Below, piece after piece: positions 12,501-27,500 of a stretch of DNA of 64,000 bases. Under the pieces are notes generated by a model that worked only from the letters and a program-made list of their open reading frames with translations, did not search any database and had not been told where the DNA came from. Location: positions 35,774,001 to 35,838,000 of the forward strand of contig OZ076409.1 in NCBI GenBank assembly GCA_964187785.1. Reading direction: 5' to 3'. Within the stretch, counting starts at the first letter, position 1. Every line of letters begins with the position of its first letter. The position numbers and the translations under genes are program-made. The stretch comes from Amphiscolops sp. MND2022 (lineage: Eukaryota).

Positions 12501-15500
12501 TTGATATGTGCTTCTTAACTCTTCGTGTTGTCAATGAATAACCAATTTTGTTTCAGACTATGTCTTTGGAAAACGATTAATATTGTGTGGCATCTGGTAC
12601 GAAACCACTGGAGGAGCTATCTTTGGCACCTGGTAAGTTCTGTATGCGACGCAAGTGTTCTGGGTTTCGGTTTCCTCAAAACAACTCCGAAAGTTCTCAA
12701 TATATGACGATTTGAAAGTTTTTCAGCTCTTCACTATAAGCTATAAGTGTATTTAGAAACCTTGTCGAAAACGTAGTCTTTCGATCAAAAAACGTTGATG
12801 TCAAATGTATCATTTTAGTGTCCCCATTACTTCAAAATTTCAAAAAAAGAATCATGGACTTGTAATTTCTAGTTTTCGAGTTTTTTCCGCTGTTGCTTTT
12901 TTTGATATGTTCTATTTAATTTTTCGTGTTGTCAAATAATAACCAGTTTTGTTTCAGACTTTGTCTTTGGAAAACGATGGAATTTTTGTGGCATCTGGTA
13001 CGAAACCACTGGAGGAGCTATCTTTGGCACCTGGTAAGTTCTGTATGCGACGCAAGTGTTCTGGGTTTCGGTTTCCTCAAAACAACTCCGAAAGTTCTCA
13101 ATTTATGACGATTTGAAAGTTTTTCAGCTCTTCACTATAAGCTATAAGGGTATTTAGAAACCTTGTCGAAAACGTAGTCTTTCGATTGAAAAACGTTGAT
13201 GTCAAATGTATCATTTTAGTGTCCCCAGTACTTCAAAAGTTCAAAAAAAGAATCAGGGACTTGTAATTTCTAGTTTTCGAGTTTTTTCCGCTGTTGTTTT
13301 TTTGATATGTCCTTCTTAACTCTTCGTGTTGTCAATGAATAACCAATTTTTTTTCAGACTTTGTCTTTGGAAAACGATAGAAATTGTGTGGCATCTGGTA
13401 CGAACCCACTGGAGGAGCTATCTTCGGCACCTGGGAAGTTCTGTATGCGACGCAAGTGTTCTGGGTTTCGGCGTCCTCAAAACAACTCCGAAAAGTCTCA
13501 ATTTATGACGATTTGAAAGTTTTTAGGCTCTTCACTTTGAGCTATTAATGTATTTAGAAACCTTGTCAAAAACGTAGTTTTTCGATCAAAAAACGTTGAT
13601 GTCAAATGTATCATTTTAGTGTCCCCAGTACTTCAAAACTTCAAAAAAAGAATCAGGGAATTGTAATTTTTAGTTCTCGAGTTTTTTCCGCTGTTGTTTT
13701 TTTGATATGTGCTTCTTAACTCTTAATGTTGTCAATGAATAACCAATTTTGTTTCAGACTATGGCTTTGGAAAACGATGAAAATTGTGTGGCATCTGGTA
13801 CGAAACCACTGGAGGAGCTATCTTTGGCACCTGGTAAGTTCTGTATACGACGCAAGTGTTCTGGGTTTCGGTTTCCTCAAAACAGCTCCCAAAGTTCTCA
13901 ATTTATGACGATTTGAAAGTTTTTCAGCTCTTCACTATAAGCTATAAGTGTATTTAGAAACCTTGTCGAAAACGTAGTCTTTCGATCAAAAAACGTTGAT
14001 GTCAAATGTATCATTTTAGTGTCCCCAGTACTTCAAAATTTCAAAAAAAGAATCAGGGACTTGTAATTTCTAGTTTTCGAATTTTTTCCGCTGTTGTTTT
14101 TTTGATATGTTCTTTTTAACTTTTCGTGTTGTCAAAGTATAACCAATTTTGTTTCAGACTTTGTCTTTGGAAACGATGAAAAAAGTGTGGCATCTGGTAC
14201 GAACCCTCTGGAGGAGCTATCTTCGGCACCTGGTGTGTTCTGTAGGCGACACATTCGTTCTGGGTTTCGACTTCCTCAAAACAACTCCGAAAAGTCTCAA
14301 TTTCAGAAGATTTGAAAGTTTTTTGGCTCTTCACTGTAAGTTTGCAAAGTAGTTAGAAACCTTGTCGAAAACGTAGTCTTTCGCTCAAAAAACGTTGATG
14401 TCAAATGTGTCAATTTATTGTTCCAAGTGCTTCAAAATCTCAAAAAAAGAATCAGGGAATTGTATTTTCTAGTTCTCGAGATTTTTCCGCGGTTGTTTTT
14501 TTATATGGCCTTCTTTAATCCTCGTGTTGTCAATGAATAACCAGTTTTCTTTAAGACTTTGTCTTCGGAAAACAATGGAGTGTGTGTGGCATCTGGTACG
14601 ACCCACTGCAGGAGCGCTATCTCTGGCACCTGGTGTGTTCTGTATGCGACGCAAGTGTTCTGGGTTTCGGTTTCCTCAAAACAACTCCGAAAGTTCTCAA
14701 TTTTTGACGATTTGAAAGTTTTTCAGCTCTTCACTATAAGCTATTAGTGTATTTAGAAACCTTGTCAAAAACGTAGTCTTTCGATCGAAAAACGTTGATG
14801 TCAAATGTATCATTTTAGTATCCCCAGTACTTCAAAATTTCAAAAAAAAGAATCAAGGACTTGTAATTTCTAGTTTTCGAGTTTTTTCCGCTGTTATTTT
14901 TTTAAATGGCCTTCTTTAATCCTCGTGTTGTCAATGAATAACCAGTTTTCTTTCAGACTTTGTCTTCGGAAAACAATGGAGTGTGTGTGGCATCTGGTAC
15001 GACCAACTGCAGGAGCGCTATCTCTGGCACCTGGTGTGTTCTGTATGCGACACAATTGTTCTGAGTTTCGGCTTCCTCAAAACAACTCCGAAAGGTCTCA
15101 ATTTCTGAAAATTGGAAAATCTTTCGGCTCTTCACTATAAGTTTTTAGTGTATTTAGAAGCCTTGTCGAAAACGTAGCTTTTCGCTCGAAAAAGCGTTTG
15201 TCAAATGTAGCATTTTGGTGTTCCTCAGTTCTTCAAAAACCCAAAAATAAAATTGCAAATTCCATATCTCGAGCTATCTACGCTGGGGTTTTATGGGACA
15301 GCGGCGTTTCCGTGTCGCCGAGTTCTTCAAATGCTCAAAAAAGAATCATGGAATTGTAATTTGTAGTTGTCGAGATTTTTTCCGCTGTTGTATTTTTGAT
15401 ATGTCCTTCTTACCTCTTCGTGTTGTCAATGAATAACCTTTTTTTCTCAGACTTTGTCTTTGGAAAACGATAGAAATTGTGTGGCATCTGGTACGAACCC

Positions 15501-18500
15501 ACTGGAGGAGCTATCTTTGGCACCTGGGAAGTTCTGTTTGCGACAAAAGTGTTCTGGGTTTCGGCGTCCTCAAAACAACTCCGAAAGGTCTCAATTTTTG
15601 ACGGTTTGAAAGTTTTTCGACTCTTCACTATAGGCTATTAGTGTATTTAGAAACCTTGTCAAAAACGTAGTTTTTCAATCAAAAAACGTTGATGTCAAAT
15701 GTATCATTTTAGTGTCCCCAGTACTTCAAAGTTTCAAAAAAAGAATCAGGGAATTGTAATTTTTAGTTCTCAAGTTATTTCAGCTGTTGTTTTTTTGATA
15801 TGTGCTTCTTACCTTTTCGTGTTGTTAATGAATAACCAAATTTGTTTCAGACTATGTCTTTGGAAAACGATGAAAATTGTGTGGCATCTGGTACGAAACC
15901 ACTGGAGGAGCTATCTTTGGCACATGGGAAGTTCTGTATGCGACGCAAGTGTTCTGGGTTTCGGTTTCCTCAAAACAACTCCGAAAGTTCTCAATTTTTG
16001 ACGATTTGAAAGTTTTTCAGCTCTTCACTATAAGCTATTAGTGTATTTAGAAACCTTGTCAAAAACGTAGTCTTTCGATCGAAAAACGTTGATGTCAAAT
16101 GTATCATTTTAGTATCCCCAGTACTTCCAAATTTCAAAAAAAGAATCAGGGACTTGTAATTTCTAGTTTTCGAGTTTTTTCCGCTGTTATTTTTTTAAAT
16201 GGCCTTCTTTATTCCTCGTGTTGTCAATGAATAACCAGTTTTCTTTCAGACTTTGTCTTCGGAAAACAATGGAGTGTGTGTGGCATCTGGTACGACCAAC
16301 TGCAGGAGCGCTATCTCTGGCACCTGGTGTGTTCTGTATGCGACACAATTGTTCTGAGTTTCGGCTTCCTCAAAACAACTCCGAAAGGTCTCAATTTCTG
16401 AAAATTGGAAAATCTTTCGGCTCTTCACTATAAGTTTTTAGTGTATTTAGAAGCCTTGTCGAAAACGTAGCTTTTCGCTCGAAAAAGCGTTTGTCAAGTG
16501 TAGCATTTTGGTGTTCCTCAGTTCTTCAAAAACCCAAAAACAAAAATGCAACTTCCAGATCTCGAGCTATTTACGCTGGGGTTTTATGGGACAGCAGCGT
16601 TTCCGTGTCCCCGAGTTCTTCAAATGCTCAAAAAAGAATCATGGAATTGTAATTTGTAGTTGTCGAGATTTTTTCCGCTGTTGTTTTTTGATATGTCCTT
16701 CTTAACTCTTCGTGTTGTCAATGAATAACCATTTTTTTCAGACTTTGTCTTTGGAAAACGATAGAAATTGTGTGGCATCTGGTACGAACCCACTGGAGGA
16801 GCTATCTTTGGCACCTGGGAAGTTCTGTATATGACGCAAGTGTTCTGGGTTTCAGCGTCCTCAAAACAACTCCGAAAGGTCTCAATTTTTGACGATTTGA
16901 AAGTTTTTCGGCTCTTCACTATAAGCTGTTAGTGTATTTAGAAACCTTGTTAAAAACGTAGTTTTTCGATCAAAAAACGTTGATGTCAAATGTATCATTT
17001 TAGTGTCCCCAGTACTTCAAAATTTCAAAAAAAGAATCAGGGAATTGTAACTTTTAGTTCTCGAGTTTTTTCCGCTGTTGTTTTTTTGATATGTGCTTCT
17101 TAACTCTTCGTGTTGTCAATGAATAACCAATTTTGTTTCAGACTATGTCTTTGGAAAACGATGAAAATTGTGTGGCATCTGGTACGAAACCACTGGAGGA
17201 GCTATCTTTGGCACCTGGTAAGTTCTGTATGCGACGCAAGTGTTCTGGGTTTCGGTTTCCTCAAAACAACTCCGAAAATTTTCAATTTTTGACGATTTGA
17301 AAGTTTTTCGGCTCTTCACTATAAGCTATTAGTGTATTTAGAAACCTTGTCAAAAACGTAGTTTTTCGATCAAAAATGTCGATGACAAATGTATCATTTT
17401 AGTGTCCCCAGTACTTCAAAAGTTTAAAAAAATCAGGGAAATGTAACTATTAGTTCTCGAGTTTTCTCCGCTGTTGTTTTTTTGATATGTGCTTCTTAAC
17501 TCTTCGTGTTGTCAATGAATAACCAATTTTGTTTCAAACTATGTCTTTGGAAAACGATGAAAATTGAGTGGCATCTGGTACGAAACCACTGGAGGAGCTA
17601 TCTTTGGCACCTGGTAAGTTCTGTATGCGACGCAAGTGTTCTGGGTTTCGGTTTCCTCAAAACAACTCCGAAAGTTCTCAATTTTTGACGATTTGAAAGT
17701 TTTTCAGCTCTTCACTATAAGCGATAAGTGTATTTAGAAACCTTGTCGAAAACGTAGTCTTTCGATCAAAAAACGTTGATGTCAAATGTATCATTTTAGT
17801 GTCCCCAGTACTTCAAAATTTCAAAAAAAGAATCAGGGAATTGTAACTTTTACTTCTCGAGTTTTTTCCGCTGTTGTTTTTTTGATATGTGCTTCTTAAC
17901 TCTTCGTGTTGTCAATGAATAACCAATTTTGTTTCAGACTATGTCTTTGGAAAACGATGAAAATTGTGTGGCATCTGGTACGAAACCACTGGAGGAGCTA
18001 TCTCTGGCACCTGGTGTGTTCTGTATGCGACAAAAGTGTTCTGGGTTTCGACTTCCTCAAAACAACTCCGAAAGTTTTCAATTTTTGACGATTTGAAAGT
18101 TTTTCGGCTCTTCACTATAAGCTATTAGTGTATTTAGAAACCTTGTCAAAAACGTAGTTTTTCGATCAAAAATGTCGATGACAAATGTATCATTTTAGTG
18201 TCCCCAGTACTTCAAAAGTTTAAAAAAATCAGGGAAATGTAACTATTAGTTCTCGAGTTTTCTCCGCTGTTGTTTTTTTGATATGTGCTTCTTAACTCTT
18301 CGTGTTGTCAATGAATAACCAATTTTGTTTCAAACTATGTCTTTGGAAAACGATGAAAATTGAGTGGCATCTGGTACGAAACCACTGGAGGAGCTATCTT
18401 TGGCACCTGGTAAGTTCTGTATGCGACGCAAGTGTTCTGGGTTTCGGTTTCCTCAAAACAACTCCGAAAGTTCTCAATTTTTGACGATTTGAAAGTTTTT

Positions 18501-21500
18501 CAGCTCTTCACTATAAGCGATAAGTGTATTTAGAAACCTTGTCGAAAACGTAGTCTTTCGATCAAAAAACGTTGATGTCAAATGTATCATTTTAGTGTCC
18601 CCAGTACTTCAAAATTTCAAAAAAAGAATCAGGGAATTGTAACTTTTACTTCTCGAGTTTTTTCCGCTGTTGTTTTTTTGATATGTGCTTCTTAACTCTT
18701 CGTGTTGTCAATGAAAAACCAGTTTTCTTTCAGACTTTGTCTTCGGAAAACGATGGAATTTTTGTGGCATCTGGTACGAAAACACTGCAGGAGCTATCTC
18801 TGGCACCTGGTGTGTTCTGTATGCAACACAATTGTTCTGGGTTTTGGCTTCCTCAAAATAACTCCGAAAGGTCTCAATTTCTGAAGATTTGAAAGTTTTT
18901 TGGCTCTTCACAATAATTTTTTACTGTATTTAGCACATTTGTCGAAAACGTAGCTTTTCGCTCGAAAAAGCTTTTGTCAAGTGTAGCATTTTGGTGTTCC
19001 TCAGTTCTTCAAAACCCAAAAATAAAATTGCAAAATCCAGATCTCGAGCTACTTACGCTGGCTTTGTATGGGACAGCAGCGTTTTCGTGTCCCCGAATTC
19101 TTCAAATGCTCGAAAAAGAATCATGGAATTCTAATTTGTAGTGGTCGAGATTTTTTCCGCTGTTGTTTTTTTGATATGTGCTTCTTAACTCTTTGTGTTG
19201 TCAATGAATAACCAATTTTGTTTCAAACTATGTCTTTGGAAAACGATGAAAATTGAGTGGCATCTGGTACGAAACCACTGGAGGAGCTATCTTTGGCACC
19301 TGGTAAGTTCTGTATGCGACGCAAGTGTTCTGGGTTTCGGTTTCCTCAAAACAACTCCGAAAGTTCTCAATTTTTGACGATTTGAAAGTTTTTCAGCTCT
19401 TCACTATAAGCGATAAGTGTATTTAGAAACCTTGTCGAAAACGTAGTCTTTCGATCAAAAAACGTTGATGTCAAATGTATCATTTTAGTGTCCCCAGTAC
19501 TTCAAAATTTCAAAAAAAGAATCAGGGAATTGTAACTTTTACTTCTCGAGTTTTTTCCGCTGTTGTTTTTTTGATATGTGCTTCTTAACTCTTCGTGTTG
19601 TCAATGAATAACCAATTTTGTTTCAGACTATGTCTTTGGAAAACGATGAAAATTGTGTGGCATCTGGTACGAAACCACTGGAGGAGCTATCTCTGGCACC
19701 TGGTGTGTTCTGTATGCGACAAAAGTGTTCTGGGTTTCGACTTCCTCAAAACAACTCCAAAAGGTCTCAATTTCAGAAGCTTTGAAAGTTTTTCAGCTCA
19801 TCACTATAAGCTATAGGTGTATTTAGAAACCTTGTCGAAAACGTAGTCTTTCGCTCAAAAAACGTTGATGTCAAAGGGTTCATTTTAGTGTCCGCAGTAC
19901 TTCAAAATTTCAAAAAAAGAATCAGGGAATTGTAACTTTTAGTTCTCGAGTTTTTTCCGCTGTTGTTTTTTTGATATGTGCTTCTTAAATCTTCGTGTTG
20001 TCAATGAATAACCAATTTTGTTTCAGACTATGTCTTTGGAAAACGATAGAAATTGTGTGGCATCTGGTACGAACCTACTGGAGGAGCAATCTTCGGCACC
20101 TGGGAAGTTCTGTATATGAGGCAAGTGTTCTGGGTTTCAGCGTCCTCAAAACAACTCCGAAAGGTCTCAATTTTTGACGATTTGAAAGTTTTTCGGCTCT
20201 TCACTATAAGCTGTTAGTGTATTTAGAAACTTTGTCAAAAACGTAGTTTTTCGATCAAAAAACGTTGATAACAAATGTATCATTTTAGTGTCCCCAGTAC
20301 TTCTAAATTTCAAAAAAAGAATCAGGGAATTGTAACTTTTACTTCTCGAGTTTTTTCTGCTGTTGTTTTTTTGATATGTGCTTCTTAAATCTTCGTGTTG
20401 TCAATGAATAACCAATTTTGTTTCAGACTATGTCTTTGGAAAACGATAGAAATTGTGTGGCATCTGGTACGAACCTACTGGAGGAGCTATCTCTGGCACC
20501 TGGTGTGTTCTGTATGCGACACAAGTGTTCTGGGTTTCGACTTCCTCAAAACAACTCCGAAAGGTCTCAATTTCAGAAGATTTGAAAGTTTTTCAGCTCT
20601 TCACTATAAGCTATAGGTGTATTTAGAAACCTTGTCGAAAACGTAGTCTTTCGCTCAAAAAACGTTGATGTCAAATGGTTCATTTTAGTGTCCGCAGTAC
20701 TTCAAAATTTCAAAAAAAGAATCAAGGAATTGTAACTTTTAGTTCTCGAGTTTTTTCCGCTGTTGTTTTTTTGATATGTGCTTCTTAAATCTTCGTGTTG
20801 TCAATGAATAACCAATTTTGTTTCAGACTATGTCTTTGGAAAACGATAGAAATTGTGTGGCATCTGGTACGAACCTACTGGAGGAGCAATCTTCGGCACC
20901 TGGGAAGTTCTGTATATGACGCAAGTGTTCTGGGTTTCAGCGTCCTCAAAACAACTCCGAAAGGTCTCAATTTTTGACGATTTGAAAGTTTTTCGGCTCT
21001 TCACTATAAGCTGTTAGTGTTTTTAGAAACCTTGTCAAAAACGTAGTTTTTCGATCAAAAAACGTTGATAACAAATGTATCATTTTAGTCTCCCCAGTAC
21101 TTCTAATTTTCAAAAAAAGAATCAGGGAATTGTAACTTTTACTTCTGGAGTTTTTTCCGCTGTTGTTTTTTTGATATGTGCTTCTTAAATCTTCGTGTTG
21201 TCAATGAATAACCAATTTTGTTTCAGACTATGTCTTTGGAAAACGATAGAAATTGTGTGGCATCTGGTACGAAACCACTGGAGGAGCTATCTTTGGCACC
21301 TGGTAAGTTCTGTATGCGACGCAAGTGTTCTGGGTTTCGGTTTCCTCAAAACAACTCCGAAAGTTTTCAATTTTTGACGATTTGAAAGTTTTTCAGCTTT
21401 TCACTATAAGCTATAGGTGTATTTAGAAACCTTGTCAAAAACGTAGTCTTTCGCTCAAAAAACGTTGATGTCAAATGTATCATATCAGTGTCCCCAGTAC

Positions 21501-24500
21501 TTCAAAATTTCAAAAAAAGAATCAGGGAATTGTAACTTTTACTTCTCGAGTTTTTTCCGCTGTTGTTTTTTTGATATGTGCTTCTTAACTCTTCGTGTTG
21601 TCAATGAATAACCAATTTTGTTTCAGACTATGTCTTTGGAAAACGATGAAAATTGTGTGGCATCTGGTACGAAACCACTGGAGGAGCTATCTTTGGCACC
21701 TGGTAAGTTCTGTATGCGACGCAAGTGTTCTGGGTTTCGGTTTCCTCAAAACAACTCCGAAAGTTTTCAATTTTTGACGATTTGAAAGTTTTTCAGCTTT
21801 TCACTATAAGCTATAAGGGTATTTAGAAACCTTGTCGAAAACGTAGTCTTTCGATCAAAAAACGTTGATGTCAAATGTATCACATTAGTGTCCCCAGAAC
21901 TTCAAAATTTCAAAAAAAAATCAGGGACTTGTAATTTCTAGTTTTCGAGTTAATTCCGCTGTTGTTTTTTTGATATATTCTTCTTAACTTTTCGTGTTGT
22001 CAAAGAATAACCAGTTTTGTTTCAGACTTTGTCTTTGGAAAACGATGGAATTTTTGTGGCATCTGGTACGAAACCACTGGAGGAGCTATCTCTGACACCT
22101 GGTGTGTTCTGTATGCGACACGAGTGTTCTGGGTTTCGACTTCCTCAAACCAACTCCGAAAGGTCACAATTTCAGAAAATTTGAAAGTTTTTTGGCTCTT
22201 CACTGTAAGTTTTTAGTGTATTTAGAAACCTTGTCGAAAACGTAGTCTTTCGCTCAAAAAACGTTGATGTCAAATGGTTCATTTTAGTGTCCGCAGTACT
22301 TCAAAATTTCAAAAAAAGAATCAAGGAATTGTAACTTTTAGTTCTCGAGTTTTTTCCGCTGTTGTTTTTTTGATATGTGCTTCTTAAATCTTCGTGTTGT
22401 CAATGAATAACCAATTTTGTTTCAGACTATGTCTTTGGAAAACGATAGAAATTGTGTGGCATCTGGTACGAACCTACTGGAGGAGCAATCTTCGGCACCT
22501 GGGAAGTTCTGTATATGACGCAAGTGGTCTGGGTTTCAGCGTCCTCAAAACAACTCCGAAAGGTCTCAATTTTTGACGATTTGAAAGTTTTTCGGCTCTT
22601 CACTATAAGCTGTTAGTGTTTTTAGAAACCTTGTCAAAAACGTAGTTTTTCGATCAAAAAACGTTGATAACAAATGTATCATTTTAGTGTCCCCAGTACT
22701 TCTAATTTTCAAAAAAAGAATCAGGGAATTGTAACTTTTACTTCTGGAGTTTTTTCCGCTGTTGTTTTTTTGATATGTGCTTCTTAAATCTTCGTGTTGT
22801 CAATGAATAACCAATTTTGTTTCAGACTATGTCTTTGGAAAACGATAGAAATTGTGTGGCATCTGGTACCAACCTTCTGGAGGAGCTATCTCTGGCACCT
22901 GGTGTGTTCTGTATGCGACACAAGTGTTCTGGGTTTCGACTTCCTCAAAACAACTCCGAAAGGTCTCAATTTCAGAAGATTTGAAACTTTTCAGCTCTTC
23001 ACTATAAGCTATAGGTGTATTTAGAAACCTTGTCAAAAACGTAGTCTTTCGCTCAAAAAACGTTGATGTCAAATGTATCATATCAGTGTCCCCAGTACTT
23101 CAAAATTTCAAAAAAAGAATCAGAGAATTGTAACTTTTACTTCTCGAGTTTTTTCCGCTGTTGTTTTTTTGATATGTGCTTCTTAACTCTTCGTGTTGTC
23201 AATGAATAACCAATTTTGTTTCAGACTATGTCTTTGGAAAACGATGAAAATTGTGTGGCATCTGGTACGAAACCACTGGAGGAGCTATCTTTGGCTCCTG
23301 GTAAGTTCTGTATGCGACGCAAGTGTTCTGGGTTTCGGTTTCCTCAAAACAACTCCGAAAGTTTTCAATTTTTGACGATTTGAAAGTTTTTCAGCTTTTC
23401 ACTATAAGCTATAAGTGTATTTAGAAACCTTGTCGAAAACGTAGTCTTTCGATCAAAAAACGTTGATGTCAAATGTATCATATTAGTGTCCCCAGAACTT
23501 CAAAATTTCAAAAAAAAAGAATCAGGGACTTGTAATTTCTAGTTTTCGAGTTAATTCCGCTGTTGTTTTTTTGATATGTTCTTCTCAACTTTTCGTGTTG
23601 TCAAAGAATAACCAGTTTTGTTTCAGACTTTGTCTTTGGAAAACGATGGAATTTTTGTGGCATCTGGTACGAAACCACTGGAGGAGCTATCTCTGACACC
23701 TGGTGTGTTCTGTATGCGACATGAGTGTTCTGGGTTTCGACTTCCTCAAACCAACTCCGAAAGGTCACAATTTCAGAAGATTTGAAAGTTTTTTGGCTCT
23801 TCACTGTAAGTTTTTAGTGTATTTAGAAACCTTGTCGAAAACGTAGTCTTTTGCTCAAAAAACGTTGATGTCGAATGGTTCATTTTAGTGTCCGCAGTAC
23901 TTCAAAATCTCGAAAAAACAATCGGGGAATTGTATTTTCTAGTTCTCGAGTTTTCTCCGCTGTTGTTTTTTATATGGCCTTCTTAACTCCTCGTGTTGTC
24001 AATGAAAAACCAGTTTTCTTTCAGACTTTGTCTTCGGAAAACGATGGAATTTTTGTGGCATCTGGTACGAAAACACTGCAGGAGCTATCTCTGGCACCTG
24101 GTGTGTTCTGTATGCAACACAATTGTTCTGGGTTTTGGCTTCCTCAAAATAACTCCGAAAGGTCTCAATTTCTGAAGATTTGAAAGTTTTTTGGCTCTTC
24201 ACAATAATTTTTTACTGTATTTAGCACATTTGTCGAAAACGTAGCTTTTCGCTCGAAAAAGCTTTTGTCAAGTGTAGCATTTTGGTGTTCCTCAGTTCTT
24301 CAAAACCCAAAAATAAAATTGCAAAATCCAGATCTCGAGCTACTTACGCTGGCTTTGTATGGGACAGCAGCGTTTTCGTGTCCCCGAATTCTTCAAATGC
24401 TCGAAAAAGAATCATGGAATTCTAATTTGTAGTGGTCGAGATTTTTTCCGCTGTTGTTTTTTTGATATGTGCTTCTTAACTCTTTGTGTTGTCAATGAAT

Positions 24501-27500
24501 AACCAATTTTGTTTCAGACTATGTCTTTGGAAAACGATGAAAATTGTGTGGCATCTGGTACGAAACCACTGGAGGAGCTATCTTTGGCACCTGGTAAGTT
24601 CTGTATGCGACGCAAGTGTTCTGGGTTTCGGTTTTCTCAAAACAACTCCGAAAGTTTTCAATTTTTGACGATTTGAAAGTTTTTCAGCTTTTCACTATAA
24701 GCTATAAGTGTATTTAGAAACCTTGTCGAAAACGTAGTCTTTCGATCAAAAAACGTTGATGTCAAATGTATCATATTAGTGTCCCCAGAACTTCAAAATT
24801 TCAAAAAAAGAATCAGGGAATTGTAACTTTTAGTTCTCGAGTTTTTTCCGCTGTTGTTTTTTTGATATGTGCTTCTTAAATCTTCGTGTTGTCAATGAAT
24901 AACCAATTTTGTTTCAGACTATGTCTTTGGAAAACGATAGAAATTGTGTGGCATCTGGTACGAACCTACTGGAGGAGCAATCTTCGGCACCTGGGAAGTT
25001 CTGTATATGACGCAAGTGTTCTGGGTTTCAGCGTCCTCAAAACAACCCCGAAAGGTCTCAATTTTTGACGATTTGAAAGTTTTTCGGCTCTTCACTATAA
25101 GCTGTTAGTGTATTTAGAAACCTTGTCAAAAATGTAGTTTTTCGATCAAAAAACGTTGATAACAAATGTATCATTTTAGTGTCCCCAGTACTTCTAAATT
25201 TCAAAAAAAGAATCAGGGAATTGTAACTTTTACTTCTCGAGTTTTTTCCGCTGTTGTTTTTTTGATATGTGCTTCTTAAATCTTCGTGTTTTCAATGAAT
25301 AACCAATTTTGTTTCAGACTATGTCTTTGGAAAACGATAGAAATTGTGTGGCATCTGGTACGAACCTACTGGAGGAGCTATCTCTGGCACCTGGTGTGTT
25401 CTGTATGCCACACAAGTGTTCTGGGTTTCGACTTCCTCAAAACAACTCCGAAAGGTCTCAATTTCAGAAGACTTGAAAGTTTTTCAGCTCTTCACTATAA
25501 GCTATAGGTGTATTTAGAAACCTTGTCGAAAACGTAGTCTTTCGCTCAAAAAACGTTGATGTCAAATGTATCATTTTAGTGTCCCCAGTACTTCAAAATT
25601 TCAAAAAAAGAATCAAGGAATTGTAACTTTTACTTCTCGAGTTTTTTCCGCTGTTGTTTTTTTGATATGTGCTTCTTAACTCTTCGTGTTGTCAATGAAT
25701 AACCAATTTTGTTTCAGACTATGTCTTTGGAAAACGATGAAAATTGTGTGGCATCTGGTACGAAACCACTGGAGGAGCTATCTTTGGCACCTGGTAAGTT
25801 CTGTATGCGACGCAAGTGTTCTGGGTTTCGGTTTCCTCAAAACAACTCCGAAAGTTTTCAATTTTTGACGATTTGAAAGTTTTTCAGCTTTTCACTATAA
25901 GCTATAAGTGTATTTAGAAACCTTGTCGAAAACGTAGTCTTTCGATCAAAAAACGTTGATGTCAAATGTATCATATTAGTGTCCCCAGGACTTGTAATTT
26001 CTAGTTTTCGAGTTAATTCCGCTGTTGTTTTTTTGATATGTTCTTCTCAACTTTTCGTGTTGTCAAAGAATAACCAGTTTTGTTTCAGACTTTGTCTTTG
26101 GAAAACGATGGAATTTTTGTGGCATCTGGTACGAAACCACTGGAGGAGCTATCTCTGACACCTGGTGTGTTCTGTATGCGACACGAGTGTTCTGGGTTTC
26201 GACTTCCTCAAACCAACTCCGAAAGGTCACAATTTCAGAAGATTTGAAAGTTTTTTGTCTCTTCACTGTAAGTTTTTAGTGTATTTAGAAACCTTGTCGA
26301 AAACGTAGTCTTTTGCTCAAAAAACGTTGATGTCGAATGGTTCATTTTAGTGTCCGCAGTACTTCAAAATCTCGAAAAAACAATCGGGGAATTGTATTTT
26401 CTAGTTCTCGAGTTTTCTCCGCTGTTGTTTTTTATATGGCCTTCTTAACTCCTCGTGTTGTCAATGAAAAACCAGTTTTCTTTCGGACTTTGTCTTCGGA
26501 AAACGATGGAGTGTGTGTGGCATCTGGTACGAAAACACTGCAGGAGCTATCTCTGGCACCTGGTGTGTTCTGTATGCAACACAATTGTTCTGGGTTTTGG
26601 CTTCCTCAAAATAACTCCGAAAGGTCTCAATTTCTGAAGATTTGAAAGTTTTTTGGCTCTTCACAATAATTTTCTACTGTATTTAGCACATTTGTCGAAA
26701 ACGTAGCTTTTCGCTCGAAAAAGCTTTTGTCAAGTGTAGCATTTTGGTGTTCCTCAGTTCTTCAAAACCCAAAAATAAAATTGCAAATTCCAGATCTCGA
26801 GCTGCTTACGCTGGGTTTGTATGGGACAGCAGCGTTTTCGTGTCCCCGAATTCTTCAAATGCTCGAAAAAGAATCATGGAATTCTAATTTGTAGTGGTCG
26901 AGATTTTTTCCGCTGTTGTTTTTTGATATGTCCTTCTTAACTCTTCGTGTTGTCAATGAATAACCAATTTTGTTTCAAACTTTGTCTTTGGAAAACGATG
27001 GAAATTGTGTCGCATCTGGTACGAAACCACTGGAGGAGCTATCTTTGGCACCTGGTAAGTTCTGTATGCGACGCAAGTGTTCTGGGTTTCGGCTTCCTCA
27101 AAACAACTCCGAAAGTTCTCAATTTCTGACAATTTGAAAGTTTTTTGGCTCTTCACTGTAAGTTTTTAGTGTATTTAGAAACCTTGTCGAAAACGTAGTC
27201 TTTTGCTCAAAAAACGTTGACGTCGAATGGTTCATTTTAGTGTCCGCAGTACTTCAAAATCTCGAAAAAACAATCGGGGAATTGTATTTTCTCGTTCTCG
27301 AGTTTTCTCCGCTGTTGTTTTTTATATGGCCTTCTTAACTCCTCGTGTTGTCAATGAAAAACCAGCTTTCTTTCAGACTTTGTCTTCGGAAAACGATGGA
27401 GTGTGTTTGGCATCTGGTACGAAAACACTGCAGGAGCTATCTCTGGCACCTGGTGTGTTCTGTATGCGACACAATTGTTCTGGGTTTTGGCTTCCTCAAA

